Of a stretch of 64,000 bases of DNA, positions 26,481-35,549 are shown piece by piece. The DNA is from Armatimonadota bacterium (GTDB taxonomy: Bacteria > Armatimonadota > UBA10988): assembly GCA_016235455.1 (NCBI GenBank), contig JACRKZ010000079.1:1-64000 (forward strand), given 5' to 3'. The translations under genes were made by a program, and so were the position numbers. Numbering within the stretch: the first letter of the stretch is position 1; each line of letters begins with the position of its first letter. The notes under the pieces were generated by a model. It was not told where the DNA came from. It saw only the letters and a list, made by a program, of their open reading frames with translations, and did not search any database.

Positions 26481-27878
26481 TCACAAATCGACGACATCCC
26501 CATAGCCCGGCGCGGTCACCGGCCAGCCGTGCCGTTCGCCCACCAGTCCGGCGAAGCGCTGCGCCACGTCGGCATCGCCATGGGTGATGTAGACGTGCTC
26601 CGGCGCGCGCTTCAAGGCGCCCAGCCAGGTCATCAGGCCCTCGCGGTCGGCATGACCGCTGAGGCTGTTGATCTTGGCGATCTTGGCCCGCACTCGGTGC
26701 ATCTCGCCGAACAGGCGCACCTGGTCGGCGCCTTCCACGAGTTGCCGACCCAGCGTGTGCGCCGCCTGATAGCCGGCGAACAGGATGGTGCTCTCGGACC
26801 GGCCCAGGTTCTGGGCCAGATGGTGCTTGATGCGGCCGGCGGTGCACATGCCGCTGGCCGAGATGATGATGGCTGACCCGCGGATGTTGTTGATGGCCTT
26901 GGACTGCTCGCGGCTGGAGCAGAACTGCACCGACCGGTAGCCGATGGGATCCTTGCCAAGGTCGTACAGCCGCCGCGTCTCGTCGTCGTAGCACTCGGGG
27001 TGGTCGTAGGTGATCTTGGTCGCCTCCACCGCCATGGGGCTGTCGACGATGGTCAGAATGGGCGGGATCTGCTTGCTCTGCACCAGTTCGCGCAGATGGT
27101 AGAGCAGCGCCTGCGTCCGGCCGACGGCGAAGGCCGGCACCACCAGGTTGCCGCCGCGGCGGATGGTGTCAAGCACCACGTCGCGCAGCTTGCCCGCCGT
27201 CTCTTCGCTGGGTTCGTGGACGCGGTCGCCGTAGGTGGACTCACAGACCACGATGTCGGCGTCGTCGAACGGCTCAGGATCGCGCAGAATGACGCGGTCG
27301 GGCACGCCCACGTCGCCCGAGAAGACGATGGTGCGGGTTTGGCCGTTCTCGGTGATCTCGAGTTTGATGCTGCCCGAGCCGAGCATGTGACCCGCGTCGT
27401 TCCAGGTGCCGCACACGCCGTCGAGCAACTCGGTGCGCTGATGGTAGCGCACGGCCACCAGGTCGCCCAGCGCCGCCTCGGCGTCGGCCACCGTATAGAG
27501 CGGCTGCGTCGGCCCGGTGTCGCGCCCGGCGCGCTGGTGCCGCTTGGTCTTGAAGCGCGCGTCTTCCTCCTGGATGTGGGCCGAATCGAGCAGCATCAGC
27601 TCGGCCAGATCGCAGGTGGCCTCGGTGCCGAAGATGCGGCCGGCGAAGCCCTGCTTGGCCAGCAGCGGCAGCCGTCCGATATGGTCGATGTGGCTGTGTG
27701 TGAGGAGAACGGCCTCGATCTCGCGCGGATCGAAGGGGAACGGCGCCCAGTTGCGATCCTGGAAGGCGCGTTCCTGGAACATGCCGCAGTCGATGAGCAG
27801 CTTCCGGCCCGCGACCTCGAGCAAATAGCACGAGCCGGTGACTGAACCGGCTGCACCGCAAAACGTCAGTTGTGCCAC
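26481..27878 (-). CDS. MBL-fold metallo-hydrolase with beta-CASP RNA specificity domain
   Basis: 'GAAGSVTGSCY', 'THSHIDHIG', 'AGHMLGS', 'FSGD', 'ESTYGDR', 'PAFAVGRTQ', 'SGHAD', 'THG'. Confidence 0.92.
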   Translation of the reverse strand: MAQLTFCGAAGSVTGSCYLLEVAGRKLLIDCGMFQERAFQDRNWAPFPFDPREIEAVLLTHSHIDHIGRLPLLAKQGFAGRIFGTEATCDLAELMLLDSAHIQEEDARFKTKRHQRAGRDTGPTQPLYTVADAEAALGDLVAVRYHQRTELLDGVCGTWNDAGHMLGSGSIKLEITENGQTRTIVFSGDVGVPDRVILRDPEPFDDADIVVCESTYGDRVHEPSEETAGKLRDVVLDTIRRGGNLVVPAFAVGRTQALLYHLRELVQSKQIPPILTIVDSPMAVEATKITYDHPECYDDETRRLYDLGKDPIGYRSVQFCSSREQSKAINNIRGSAIIISASGMCTAGRIKHHLAQNLGRSESTILFAGYQAAHTLGRQLVEGADQVRLFGEMHRVRAKIAKINSLSGHADREGLMTWLGALKRAPEHVYITHGDADVAQRFAGLVGERHGWPVTAPGYGDVVDL

Positions 27879-27922
27879 GAGCGTCTCCTGCTACCAGGAT
27901 GGCACACAGCAAGGGTCGACGT

Positions 27923-28960
27923 CTAGCTCAACCCGGCCCGCAGCAGGTCCTGCACATCGACGATGCCCACGGCCCGGCCCTCGCCGTCGACCACGCACAG
28001 GTTGTCGAACTCGCGGCTCTGCATGATGGCCAGCGCCTCGGTGGCCAGGCGGTCGGGCGTGATGGTGGTCGGGTTGCGGCCCATGACCGCGGAGACCGGC
28101 TCGGCCAGCACCGCCGCGCCATGCTGCTCGAGCTTGACGCGCAGGTCGCCGTCGGTGAACACACCCACCAGCCGGCCGGCGTCGTCGACCACGTTGGTTA
28201 CGCCTCGCACGGGCGCCTGGGTCATAACCAGCAGCGCCTCCTGCACGGTCTGGTCGGCGCGGACCATGGCCTGGTCGCCGCCGGCGCGCATGATGTCGCC
28301 CACGGTGAGCAGCAACTGCCGGCCCAGGCTGCCGCCGGGATGCAGCAGCGCGTAGTCTTCGGTGCCGAAGCGGCGCGCGCGCATCAGCGTCATGGCCAGG
28401 GCGTCGCCCACGGCCAGCATGACGGTCGTGCTGGAGGTCGGCGCGAGGTTGTGCGGGCAGGCTTCACGCTCGACCGCGACGTTAAGCACGACTTCGGCGT
28501 GCTGCGCCAACGTCGATTCCGTGCGTCCGGTGACCGCGATGAGCTTGGTACCCAGCCGCGCCAGCGAGGGCAGCAGCGCGACGATCTCGTCGCTCTCGCC
28601 GCGGTACGAGAAGGCCAGCACCACCTCACCGCGCCCGACCATGCCCAGGTCGCCGTGGACGCCCTCGGCCGCCGACACGTAGACCGCCGGCGTGCCCGTG
28701 CTGGACAGCGTGGCCGCGATCTTGTGGGCGATATGGCCGGACTTGCCCACGCCAGTGACCACCACGCGTTTGGCCGGTCGCTCCAGAATGAGCTTCACGG
28801 CTCGGCCGAACGCCGCGTAGTCGAGCGCTTGGGTGGCCTCGGCCAGCGCCGTGGTCTCGGCCACCAGCGTCTCCACCGCGGCCTGCACCCACTCCGCGGG
28901 CACGCCCGCCTCGGCCGCCGCCGCCGCCACGAAGCTCAAGCCGTCCGCCGCCTCACCCAT
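27923..28960 (-). CDS. kdsD: Arabinose-5-phosphate isomerase (KpsF/GutQ, SIS + CBS)
   Basis: '[23 protein letters not shown]', 'HGDLG', '[13 protein letters not shown]', 'HPGGSLG', C-terminal CBS pair. Confidence 0.92.
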   Translation of the reverse strand: MGEAADGLSFVAAAAAEAGVPAEWVQAAVETLVAETTALAEATQALDYAAFGRAVKLILERPAKRVVVTGVGKSGHIAHKIAATLSSTGTPAVYVSAAEGVHGDLGMVGRGEVVLAFSYRGESDEIVALLPSLARLGTKLIAVTGRTESTLAQHAEVVLNVAVEREACPHNLAPTSSTTVMLAVGDALAMTLMRARRFGTEDYALLHPGGSLGRQLLLTVGDIMRAGGDQAMVRADQTVQEALLVMTQAPVRGVTNVVDDAGRLVGVFTDGDLRVKLEQHGAAVLAEPVSAVMGRNPTTITPDRLATEALAIMQSREFDNLCVVDGEGRAVGIVDVQDLLRAGLS

Positions 28961-29774
28961 GGGTTACCGCCTCCCGAATCCGCTTGACCGTCGCCAGCAA
29001 CGGTGCCAAGTCGTCCAGTGCCAACTGGTTTGGCCCATCGCACAGTGCCTGGTCGGGGCAATCGTGGACCTCCAGGAACAGGCCGTCGATGCCCACCGCC
29101 GCCGCCGCGCGCACCAGCGGCGGCACGAGCCGGCGGTCGCCGCCGCTCTGCTCGCCGCCGGCCGACGGCAGCTGCACGCTGTGCGTGCCGTCGAACAGCA
29201 CCGGCACGCCGAGCCCGCGCATGGTCACCAGGCCGCGCATATCCACCACCAGGTTGTGGTAGCCGAAGCTGCTGCCGCGCTCCATGAGCGCCACGCCGAC
29301 CGCACCCGACTCGCTGAGCTTACGCACCACCTGGGCCATGTCCTCGGGCGCCACGAACTGGCCCTTCTTCACCGTCACGGGCCGGCCGGTCCGCGCGGCG
29401 GCCACCAGCAGATCGGTCTGTCGGCAGAGGAAGGCGGGGATCTGCAGAATGTCCACCACCTCAGCCACCGGCGCGCACTGCCACGACTCGTGCACATCGG
29501 TGGTCACCGCCAGGCCGAGCTCGGCCTTGACTCGCGCCAGGATGCGCAGACCCTCCTCGAGCCCCGGCCCGCGGTAGGCGGCGATGGAACTGCGGTTGGC
29601 CTTGTCGAAGCTGGACTTGAAGACATAGGGCAGGCCCAGCGCGCGCGCCACCTCGGCGATGCCGGCGGCCATGCGCAGCGTGTGGGCTTCGCTCTCGATG
29701 ACGCATGGGCCGGCGACGAGGACCAGATCAGGTCCGCCCAACTCGATGCCTGGGGCGATGGTGACCCTATTCAC
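28953..29774 (-). CDS. kdsA: 3-deoxy-8-phosphooctulonate (KDO8P) synthase
   Basis: 'AGPCVIES', '[11 protein letters not shown]', '[12 protein letters not shown]', 'KKGQF', 'ERGSSFGY', 'THSVQLP', 'CDGP'. Confidence 0.95.
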   Translation of the reverse strand: MNRVTIAPGIELGGPDLVLVAGPCVIESEAHTLRMAAGIAEVARALGLPYVFKSSFDKANRSSIAAYRGPGLEEGLRILARVKAELGLAVTTDVHESWQCAPVAEVVDILQIPAFLCRQTDLLVAAARTGRPVTVKKGQFVAPEDMAQVVRKLSESGAVGVALMERGSSFGYHNLVVDMRGLVTMRGLGVPVLFDGTHSVQLPSAGGEQSGGDRRLVPPLVRAAAAVGIDGLFLEVHDCPDQALCDGPNQLALDDLAPLLATVKRIREAVTHG

Positions 29775-29823
29775 ATGACTGCTCCGATGGGCCGCGGCGG
29801 CCGTCTGATAGGCGCCCGCCCGA

Positions 29824-29869
29824 ACCAGTGCCGGACCGCCACGCTGGAGCGTGGCGGTCCGGCACTGGT
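29824..29869. repeat. Perfect 22-bp inverted repeat in the kdsA upstream region
   Basis: ACCAGTGCCGGACCGCCACGCT-GG-AGCGTGGCGGTCCGGCACTGGT. Confidence 0.9.
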
Positions 29870-30032
29870 CCGGGCTGGTGCGCGTGTGCGCGCAATCTGG
29901 CGACCGTCAAGGGAGCCGCCATCGGCCTGAAGGCGGACCAACAGACCAGCAAGCCGCACGCCATTATACGCCCTGACACGCTCCCACCCTCGCCCCATGC
30001 TGCACTCAGCCCAACTGACAAGGAGTGAGCAC

Positions 30033-30416
30033 ATGCGCAGAGCGGTACTGGTGTCCGCGATGGTCTCGATGGCCCTCGTCCTGGCTGGCTGCAAGCAGAA
30101 GACCGACACAGCCGCGGCCCCGGCGCCGCCGACCCCGGTCGTCGCACGGAATACCGCGCCCGCGGCCGACAAGACCGTGGCCGCGAACAAGGACGGCTGC
30201 ACCGATTGCGCCACCAAGCCTGGTGACACCAAGACCGGCGGCGCGACCGGCACCACGGCCGAGGCCGGCAACAAGACCTGCCCGGTGATGAAGGGTCGCG
30301 CGGTCAACCCCGACCTGTTCGTCGAGTACAAGGGCAAGAAGATCTACGTCTGCTGCCGCAAGTGCCTGGCCGAGGTTCAGGCGCACCCCGAGAAGTACGC
30401 CGACGCATCGTCGTAG
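30033..30416 (+). CDS. Lipoprotein with YHS/TRASH-like metal-binding domain
   Basis: Lipobox 'LAGC'; 'CTDC'; 'NKTCPVM...VEYKGKKIYVCCRKC...PEKY'. AAGGAG RBS. Confidence 0.8.
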   Translation: MRRAVLVSAMVSMALVLAGCKQKTDTAAAPAPPTPVVARNTAPAADKTVAANKDGCTDCATKPGDTKTGGATGTTAEAGNKTCPVMKGRAVNPDLFVEYKGKKIYVCCRKCLAEVQAHPEKYADASS

Positions 30417-30421
30417 CGCGT

Positions 30422-30934
30422 CTACCGCAGGCCAAACGGATCCCTGGCTCGCAGTTCCTTCACCTGGGACTGCTGGCCAGGGTTCATCTGTTTCCAGAGC
30501 GGCTCCCAGGCCTGCTTGCGCTTGGCCATGACCCGGGCTGACGCCTCCGACGCGGAGTCGTTGCGCCGGTTCACCTCGGCCGGGTCAACCTTCTCGCCGT
30601 GCTCTTTGAGGTAGGCCATGAACTCGGCCGACTGCCGCTCGAGTTGCTCGCGGTCCGCCTTGGTGTCGGCCAGGAACGTATCGCTGGCCTTCTTGACCGC
30701 CGTCTTCTGCTCAGCGCTCAGTTTGAGTTCGTCGGCCTTGGCCAGCAGCCAGCCCGGCTCAGGGAACTCGCCCACCTCGGGATCGCTGACCAGATTGCTG
30801 GGCGCGGTCATGGCCGCGGCCGGCGGCGCGGCGGCCGCCGATGCCGCGGGCGCCGACAGTGGCGGGGCCGGCCGATGGCAGGCCGCAAGCAGCATCAGCG
30901 GCAGCAGGGCGATGACCAGGTAGTACCGGCTCAT
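30422..30934 (-). CDS. Lipoprotein, Spy/CpxP-like helical periplasmic protein
   Basis: True start MSRYYLVIALLPLMLLAAC overlaps the MFS stop; 'ELKLSAEQK' and 'MNPGQ' are LTxxQ-like motifs. It is the 3' part of ORF 30422..32281. Confidence 0.65.
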   Translation of the reverse strand: MSRYYLVIALLPLMLLAACHRPAPPLSAPAASAAAAPPAAAMTAPSNLVSDPEVGEFPEPGWLLAKADELKLSAEQKTAVKKASDTFLADTKADREQLERQSAEFMAYLKEHGEKVDPAEVNRRNDSASEASARVMAKRKQAWEPLWKQMNPGQQSQVKELRARDPFGLR

Positions 30935-32304
30935 ACAGGTCTCCTCGGCTCGGCTCGAACCACTGAGAGCACAGCGCCTAGCGCGCCGGCTGCCGCCGCC
31001 ACGCCGAAGGCGCAGCCCACCGCGCGCACTTCGGTCATGCCATGCGCCATGGCGGTCGTGACCACCGCGCCGGCCAGTCCCACGCCCAGCACCATGCCGC
31101 CATTGCGTGAAGTGGCCAGCACGCCCGAGGCGATGCCCTGGCGATGCCGTGGCGCCGAGCCCAGCAAGGCGCTGTTGTTGGGCGAGATGAAGATGCCGGT
31201 GCCCAACCCGGCCAACGCCGTGCGTAGCGCGACCGACCAGCCCGGCGTAGCCATGCCGACAAACGCCAGCGAGGCCAGCGCCGCCGTCAGCAGCACCATG
31301 CCCACCGCGCTGGGCAGCCGCGTACCACGATGGTCCGACCAGTGTCCGCTGAGCGGCGCCACCACAGCCATGATCAGCGGCTGCGCGGTGAGAATGAGGC
31401 CGGCCTGCGCGGCGGTCATGTGGCGCACATTGATCAGGTAGTGTGGCACCAGGAACACGATCGAGTAGACACAGATGTAGTTGCACACGGCGCTGGCCAC
31501 CGAGGAAGAGAAGACCGGCTCGCCGAATAGCGACAGGTCGAGCATCGGGTGCGGGTTGGTCCGTTCGGCGCGTACGAACAAGGCCGCGATCACCACAGAC
31601 ATGCACAGCGTGCCAACGATGGCCGGCGAGCCCCAGCCCAGTCGATGCGCCTGGTTTAGGCCCCACAGCAGCAGCACCATGGCCAGCAGGAAGAGCGTGG
31701 AGCCCATGGGATCGTAGGGTTCGCGCTCGCCGCTCGGCCGGTCGGTGGGCACGCACAGCAGCGCAATGACCACGGCCACGATGCCGATGGGCAGGTTCAC
31801 ATAGAAGATGCTGCGCCAGCCATAGCTGGTGGCCAGCCAGCCGCCCAGGCTCGGCCCGCAGGTCAGGCCCAGGTAGGTCATGGTGGCTTGCAGGCCCAGC
31901 GCGCGCCCACGCTCGGCGGGCGGGAAGTGCTGCGTGAGCAGGGCCGGCGCGTTGGAGGTGATCATCGCCCCGCCCACCGCCTGGAGGCCGCGCGCGGTGA
32001 CCAGCCAGACCAGGCCCGGCGATGCCGCGCAAGCCAGCGAGGACAGCACGAACAGGCCGAAGCCCCAGGTGAAGACCCGCTTGTGGCCGTGCAGGTCGCC
32101 CAGCCGGCCGAAGCTCAGCAGCAGCCCGCTCAGGCCCAGCAGGTAGACGGTGACCACCCACTGGCTCTGGTCGAAGGCCACGTGCAGCGACTGCCGAATC
32201 AGCGGCAGCGTGGTGTTGACCACGCTGGTATCCAGCGCCGTCATGAACGTGCCGGCGCCGACCGCCAGCAGCACCAGCCATTTCCGCTCAACGGTCAACC
32301 GCAC
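30931..32304 (-). CDS. MFS transporter, DHA2 (EmrB/QacA-like) family
   Basis: 'FMTALDTSVVNTTLP', 'GRLGDLHGHKR', 'ARGLQAVGGA', 'WRSIFYVNLPIG', many TM segments. Confidence 0.9.
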   Translation of the reverse strand: MRLTVERKWLVLLAVGAGTFMTALDTSVVNTTLPLIRQSLHVAFDQSQWVVTVYLLGLSGLLLSFGRLGDLHGHKRVFTWGFGLFVLSSLACAASPGLVWLVTARGLQAVGGAMITSNAPALLTQHFPPAERGRALGLQATMTYLGLTCGPSLGGWLATSYGWRSIFYVNLPIGIVAVVIALLCVPTDRPSGEREPYDPMGSTLFLLAMVLLLWGLNQAHRLGWGSPAIVGTLCMSVVIAALFVRAERTNPHPMLDLSLFGEPVFSSSVASAVCNYICVYSIVFLVPHYLINVRHMTAAQAGLILTAQPLIMAVVAPLSGHWSDHRGTRLPSAVGMVLLTAALASLAFVGMATPGWSVALRTALAGLGTGIFISPNNSALLGSAPRHRQGIASGVLATSRNGGMVLGVGLAGAVVTTAMAHGMTEVRAVGCAFGVAAAAGALGAVLSVVRAEPRRPV

Positions 32305-32326
32305 AGCCTACCCCGCGCCGTTCATG

Positions 32327-33340
32327 CTACCACAGCGTCGAGCGGGTCGGCGCGCCGGCCGGTGCCGCGGACGGCTTGAGCGGTGCCAACCGGCTCAGAT
32401 CCAGCGTGAAGGCATTGAGTGCATTGTCGCGCCATTTGCCCAGCGACGGCGACCAGGTACGCACCTGCACGCTCTGGCCGTTGGCGGCGAAGGTCAACAG
32501 CCGTAGCCAGCCGTAGCCACCCTCGGGCTCGTTCTGGAAGTCCGACAGCAGCTGATGCACCGGCGCGCCGGCATCGTTGGTGCTGGTCAGCCGCGCTACG
32601 CCGGCGATGTGCCCGCACAGCACCAGGCAGACATTGGCGTTGCGGCGGATCAGCGCGTTCCAGATCTGCTCGCCATCCATGAGCCCGCCGGGCAACTTCT
32701 CGAAGCCGTAGCGGTGCGGGTTGCCCGACTGCTTGGGGTCCTTGGTGATGTCCTGGCGCTGGCCGCTGTTGTGCAGGTAGGCGTGCGTGACCACGATCGC
32801 CCGGCGATCGCCGTGCTCGGCCAGCACGCGGTTGGCCCAGGCCACCGCCCAGGTGCGTGGCGCATATTCCAGGCACAGCACGATCCAGCGCGTGCCGCCG
32901 GCGGAGAACAGGTAGTAGCTGTTCTCGATACTGTCCGGCTCCATCAGCCCGCCGGTGTGCGGTGCCCCGCGCAGCGCGTCGGTGGTGAAGTAGCGGCTGG
33001 CCAGCGTGGTGCGCGACTCACTGCGGCCGTCGACACCGTAGTCGTGGTTGCCCAGCTCGATGCCATAGGGCACGCGGCCGTCGAGCGCGGCCATGGCCGC
33101 GCGGGAGTTGGCCCACTCGTCGTCGTTGTTGTGGCTGGTCACGTCGCCCAGGTGCGCCACGAACCGCAGGTTCAGTTCGCGTGCGTGGTCGGCCAGCCAC
33201 CGTGTCTGCTGGGCGAAGTGCTCGGGGAACGAGGCGCTGTAGATCTGCGTGTCGCCGATGACTCCCAGCGTCCAGCTCTCACCGGCCATCGCCGGCCAGG
33301 CGGCGAGCGCGAGCAGCAATACGAGCTTGTGTCGCATCAT
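32327..33340 (-). CDS. Secreted calcineurin-like metallophosphoesterase
   Basis: Signal peptide; 'GDTQ', 'HLGD', 'GNHD', 'THAY', 'CGH'. Confidence 0.85.
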   Translation of the reverse strand: MMRHKLVLLLALAAWPAMAGESWTLGVIGDTQIYSASFPEHFAQQTRWLADHARELNLRFVAHLGDVTSHNNDDEWANSRAAMAALDGRVPYGIELGNHDYGVDGRSESRTTLASRYFTTDALRGAPHTGGLMEPDSIENSYYLFSAGGTRWIVLCLEYAPRTWAVAWANRVLAEHGDRRAIVVTHAYLHNSGQRQDITKDPKQSGNPHRYGFEKLPGGLMDGEQIWNALIRRNANVCLVLCGHIAGVARLTSTNDAGAPVHQLLSDFQNEPEGGYGWLRLLTFAANGQSVQVRTWSPSLGKWRDNALNAFTLDLSRLAPLKPSAAPAGAPTRSTLW

Positions 33341-33348
33341 GGGGTCCC

Positions 33349-34356
33349 TCAGCGCAGCGTAGGCGTCGGCAGGCAGCGCGATGGCACCTCGGCGGCGGTG
33401 CCGCGCAGGTCCAGGTCGTAGTGTGTGGCGGCATCATCGCGCCATTTGCCCGTGCTCGGCGCAAAGCAGCGCATCTGCGCGCTGCGCCCATCGGCGGCGA
33501 TGGTCAGCAGCGGCAGTAGCGATCCGCCGCCTTCGGCCTCGCCCTGAAAATCGGTGAGGATCTGGTGGACCAGCGCGCCGGCATCGTTACGGCTGGTCAG
33601 GTGGGCCGAGCCGAACACGTGGCCGCTGAACACGAAGACGACGTTGGCGTGCCGGCGGATGAGCCGGTCCCACAGTTCCTCCCCGTCACTCACGCCGCCG
33701 GCCAGCCGCTCGAACCCGGCATAGGCGTGCGGGTTGAACCACATCTCGCCTTCCTGCTTGGCCGCCAGCCGCAAGCGCTGGCTGGAATGGTGCAGGTAGG
33801 CGTGGGTGGCGACGATGGCGGGCAGGCCCGGATACTGCTCCAAGACCCTGTTGGCCCAGGCGATGGTCCGGTCGCGCGGACCGTATTCCAGGCACAGCGC
33901 CAGCCAGGCACGGCCGCCGGCGCGGAAGATGTGGTAGCTGTTGGCCAGCGAGCCCGGCTCCATGACGCCGGCCAGTGTGGGTTCGGGCCGCGCCAAGGGG
34001 CCCTTGTCGAACAACGAGGCCCGCTTGCCGCTCGGCGCCGGGTCGAGGTAATCGTGGTTGCCCCAGGCGTAGGCCGTGGGCACGACGCCGCGCAGGGGCG
34101 CCATGGCCTTCTCGGCCACCTGCCACTGTGCGGTGCTGTTGCCCACGTTGACGATATCGCCCAGGTGGATGGCCATGGGCACGCGCAGTTCCCGGGCGTG
34201 CTCGGACAGCCAGCGGGTCTGCGCCTCGTAGTGCGCGGGCCACTTCTCGCAGTAGTTCTGCGTATCGGGCAGCAAGGCCAGAGTCCAGCTCTCGGCTGCC
34301 CACAACTGGGCGGCGACACCCAGCACCAGCAGCACCACGGTCAAGCATCGCTTCAT
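33349..34356 (-). CDS. Secreted calcineurin-like metallophosphoesterase, paralog of the adjacent gene
   Basis: Signal peptide MKRCLTVV; 'PDTQ', 'HLGD', 'GNHD', 'THAY', 'SGH'. Confidence 0.85.
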   Translation of the reverse strand: MKRCLTVVLLVLGVAAQLWAAESWTLALLPDTQNYCEKWPAHYEAQTRWLSEHARELRVPMAIHLGDIVNVGNSTAQWQVAEKAMAPLRGVVPTAYAWGNHDYLDPAPSGKRASLFDKGPLARPEPTLAGVMEPGSLANSYHIFRAGGRAWLALCLEYGPRDRTIAWANRVLEQYPGLPAIVATHAYLHHSSQRLRLAAKQEGEMWFNPHAYAGFERLAGGVSDGEELWDRLIRRHANVVFVFSGHVFGSAHLTSRNDAGALVHQILTDFQGEAEGGGSLLPLLTIAADGRSAQMRCFAPSTGKWRDDAATHYDLDLRGTAAEVPSRCLPTPTLR

Positions 34357-34438
34357 GCGCACGGCTCCGGGCTGAGGCTTGCCCGCGGGCTGGCCATCTC
34401 CTCCTCGCGTGCTAAGATGGCGCACCGGAGAACCGACG

Positions 34439-34852
34439 ATGGTCGAGATGGATGTGGTCTACGAAGGCGGCCTGCGCTGCCTGCTCACCCATGGCCCCAG
34501 CGGCAGCGAGGTGCGCACCGACGCGCCCGTGGACAACCATGGCCGCGGCGAACTGTTCTCGCCCACGGACCTGGTGTCGAGCGCGCTGGGCGCCTGCCTG
34601 CTGACCATCATGGGCATCCTGGCCGAACGGCACACGCTGGACCTGACCGGCGCGCGCGTGCACGTCTCCAAGGAGATGACCGACACGCCACCCCGGCGCA
34701 TCGCCCGGCTGACCTGCGCCATCAGCGTGCCGCCCGGCGTGCCCGAGGAGCTGCGACCAGCGTTCGAACGCTCGCTGCGCACCTGCCCCGTGGCGCAAAG
34801 CCTGCACCCCGACATCGAGAAGGTCATCGAGTTTGCCTGGGACGTGGCGTAG
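34439..34852 (+). CDS. OsmC family protein
   Basis: 'TDAPVDNHGRGELFSPTDL...LGAC', 'CPVAQSLHP'. GGAG RBS. Confidence 0.9.
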   Translation: MVEMDVVYEGGLRCLLTHGPSGSEVRTDAPVDNHGRGELFSPTDLVSSALGACLLTIMGILAERHTLDLTGARVHVSKEMTDTPPRRIARLTCAISVPPGVPEELRPAFERSLRTCPVAQSLHPDIEKVIEFAWDVA

Positions 34853-34877
34853 CCCAGAGCGTGAACATCACCGTAGA

Positions 34878-35549
34878 TCAACCGCTGGGCGGGGCCAGGT
34901 AGCGCAGCGCCGCCTCGCTGAACGTGCCCGCCAGCCAGGCGTTGGGCAGGCGGGCATTGCCCTGGTAGCAGACGGCCACGCGACCAGCGGCGCGGCCGAC
35001 CACCTGGGCGGGCGGGCCTTGGCGCTTGTATGGTTCGGCGCGCCATTCGCTCAGCCGCAGCGCCCAAGCGTTGGCGGCGCTCCAGTTGCTGGTGGTCGTC
35101 GGGTCCTCGGGGTCGAGGATACGCCAGAACCCGCCGCCATGCCGCAGGGGCTGGCTGAGCGTCTGGCCAACCGTCGGCGCGGCCGGCAACGGCAAACTCA
35201 GCCACTCGCCGTCGGTCAGCGGCGCGGTCAGCGAGGCCAATGGCGCGCTGGCCACCTGCAACACCCAGGCGTCGCCGACCCGCTCAATGACCACCGCCTT
35301 GGCCGTGAAGGTCCGGCCGCCCACGTAGCCGACAAGCCGGTCGGTCGGCACGTTGTCCAGCGTCGGCTGGTCGGTCCAGCGAAAGCCCGCCGGCTCAGCC
35401 TGCTTGGCGGAGGGTGTGGCCTTGGGCGCCGCCGTCGCAGGCGGCGGTGCTGACGACGATGCGTTACCCGGCACCGGCGTCGGCGGCGGCGCGCAGCCGG
35501 CCAAGCCCAGGATAGCCACGCCGAGACACCACCGCCGCATCGCCGTCAC
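34878..35549 (-). CDS. Hypothetical lipoprotein
   Basis: Lipobox 'LAGC', Pro/Ala linker, overlap with the upstream gene stop. Confidence 0.7.
   Translation of the reverse strand: MTAMRRWCLGVAILGLAGCAPPPTPVPGNASSSAPPPATAAPKATPSAKQAEPAGFRWTDQPTLDNVPTDRLVGYVGGRTFTAKAVVIERVGDAWVLQVASAPLASLTAPLTDGEWLSLPLPAAPTVGQTLSQPLRHGGGFWRILDPEDPTTTSNWSAANAWALRLSEWRAEPYKRQGPPAQVVGRAAGRVAVCYQGNARLPNAWLAGTFSEAALRYLAPPSG

Noticed and set aside
30422-32281. 619-aa ORF suggesting a fusion or frameshift with the MFS gene
   Set aside because: Only the last 170 codons look like a real lipoprotein. The rest is an alternate frame of the MFS gene.
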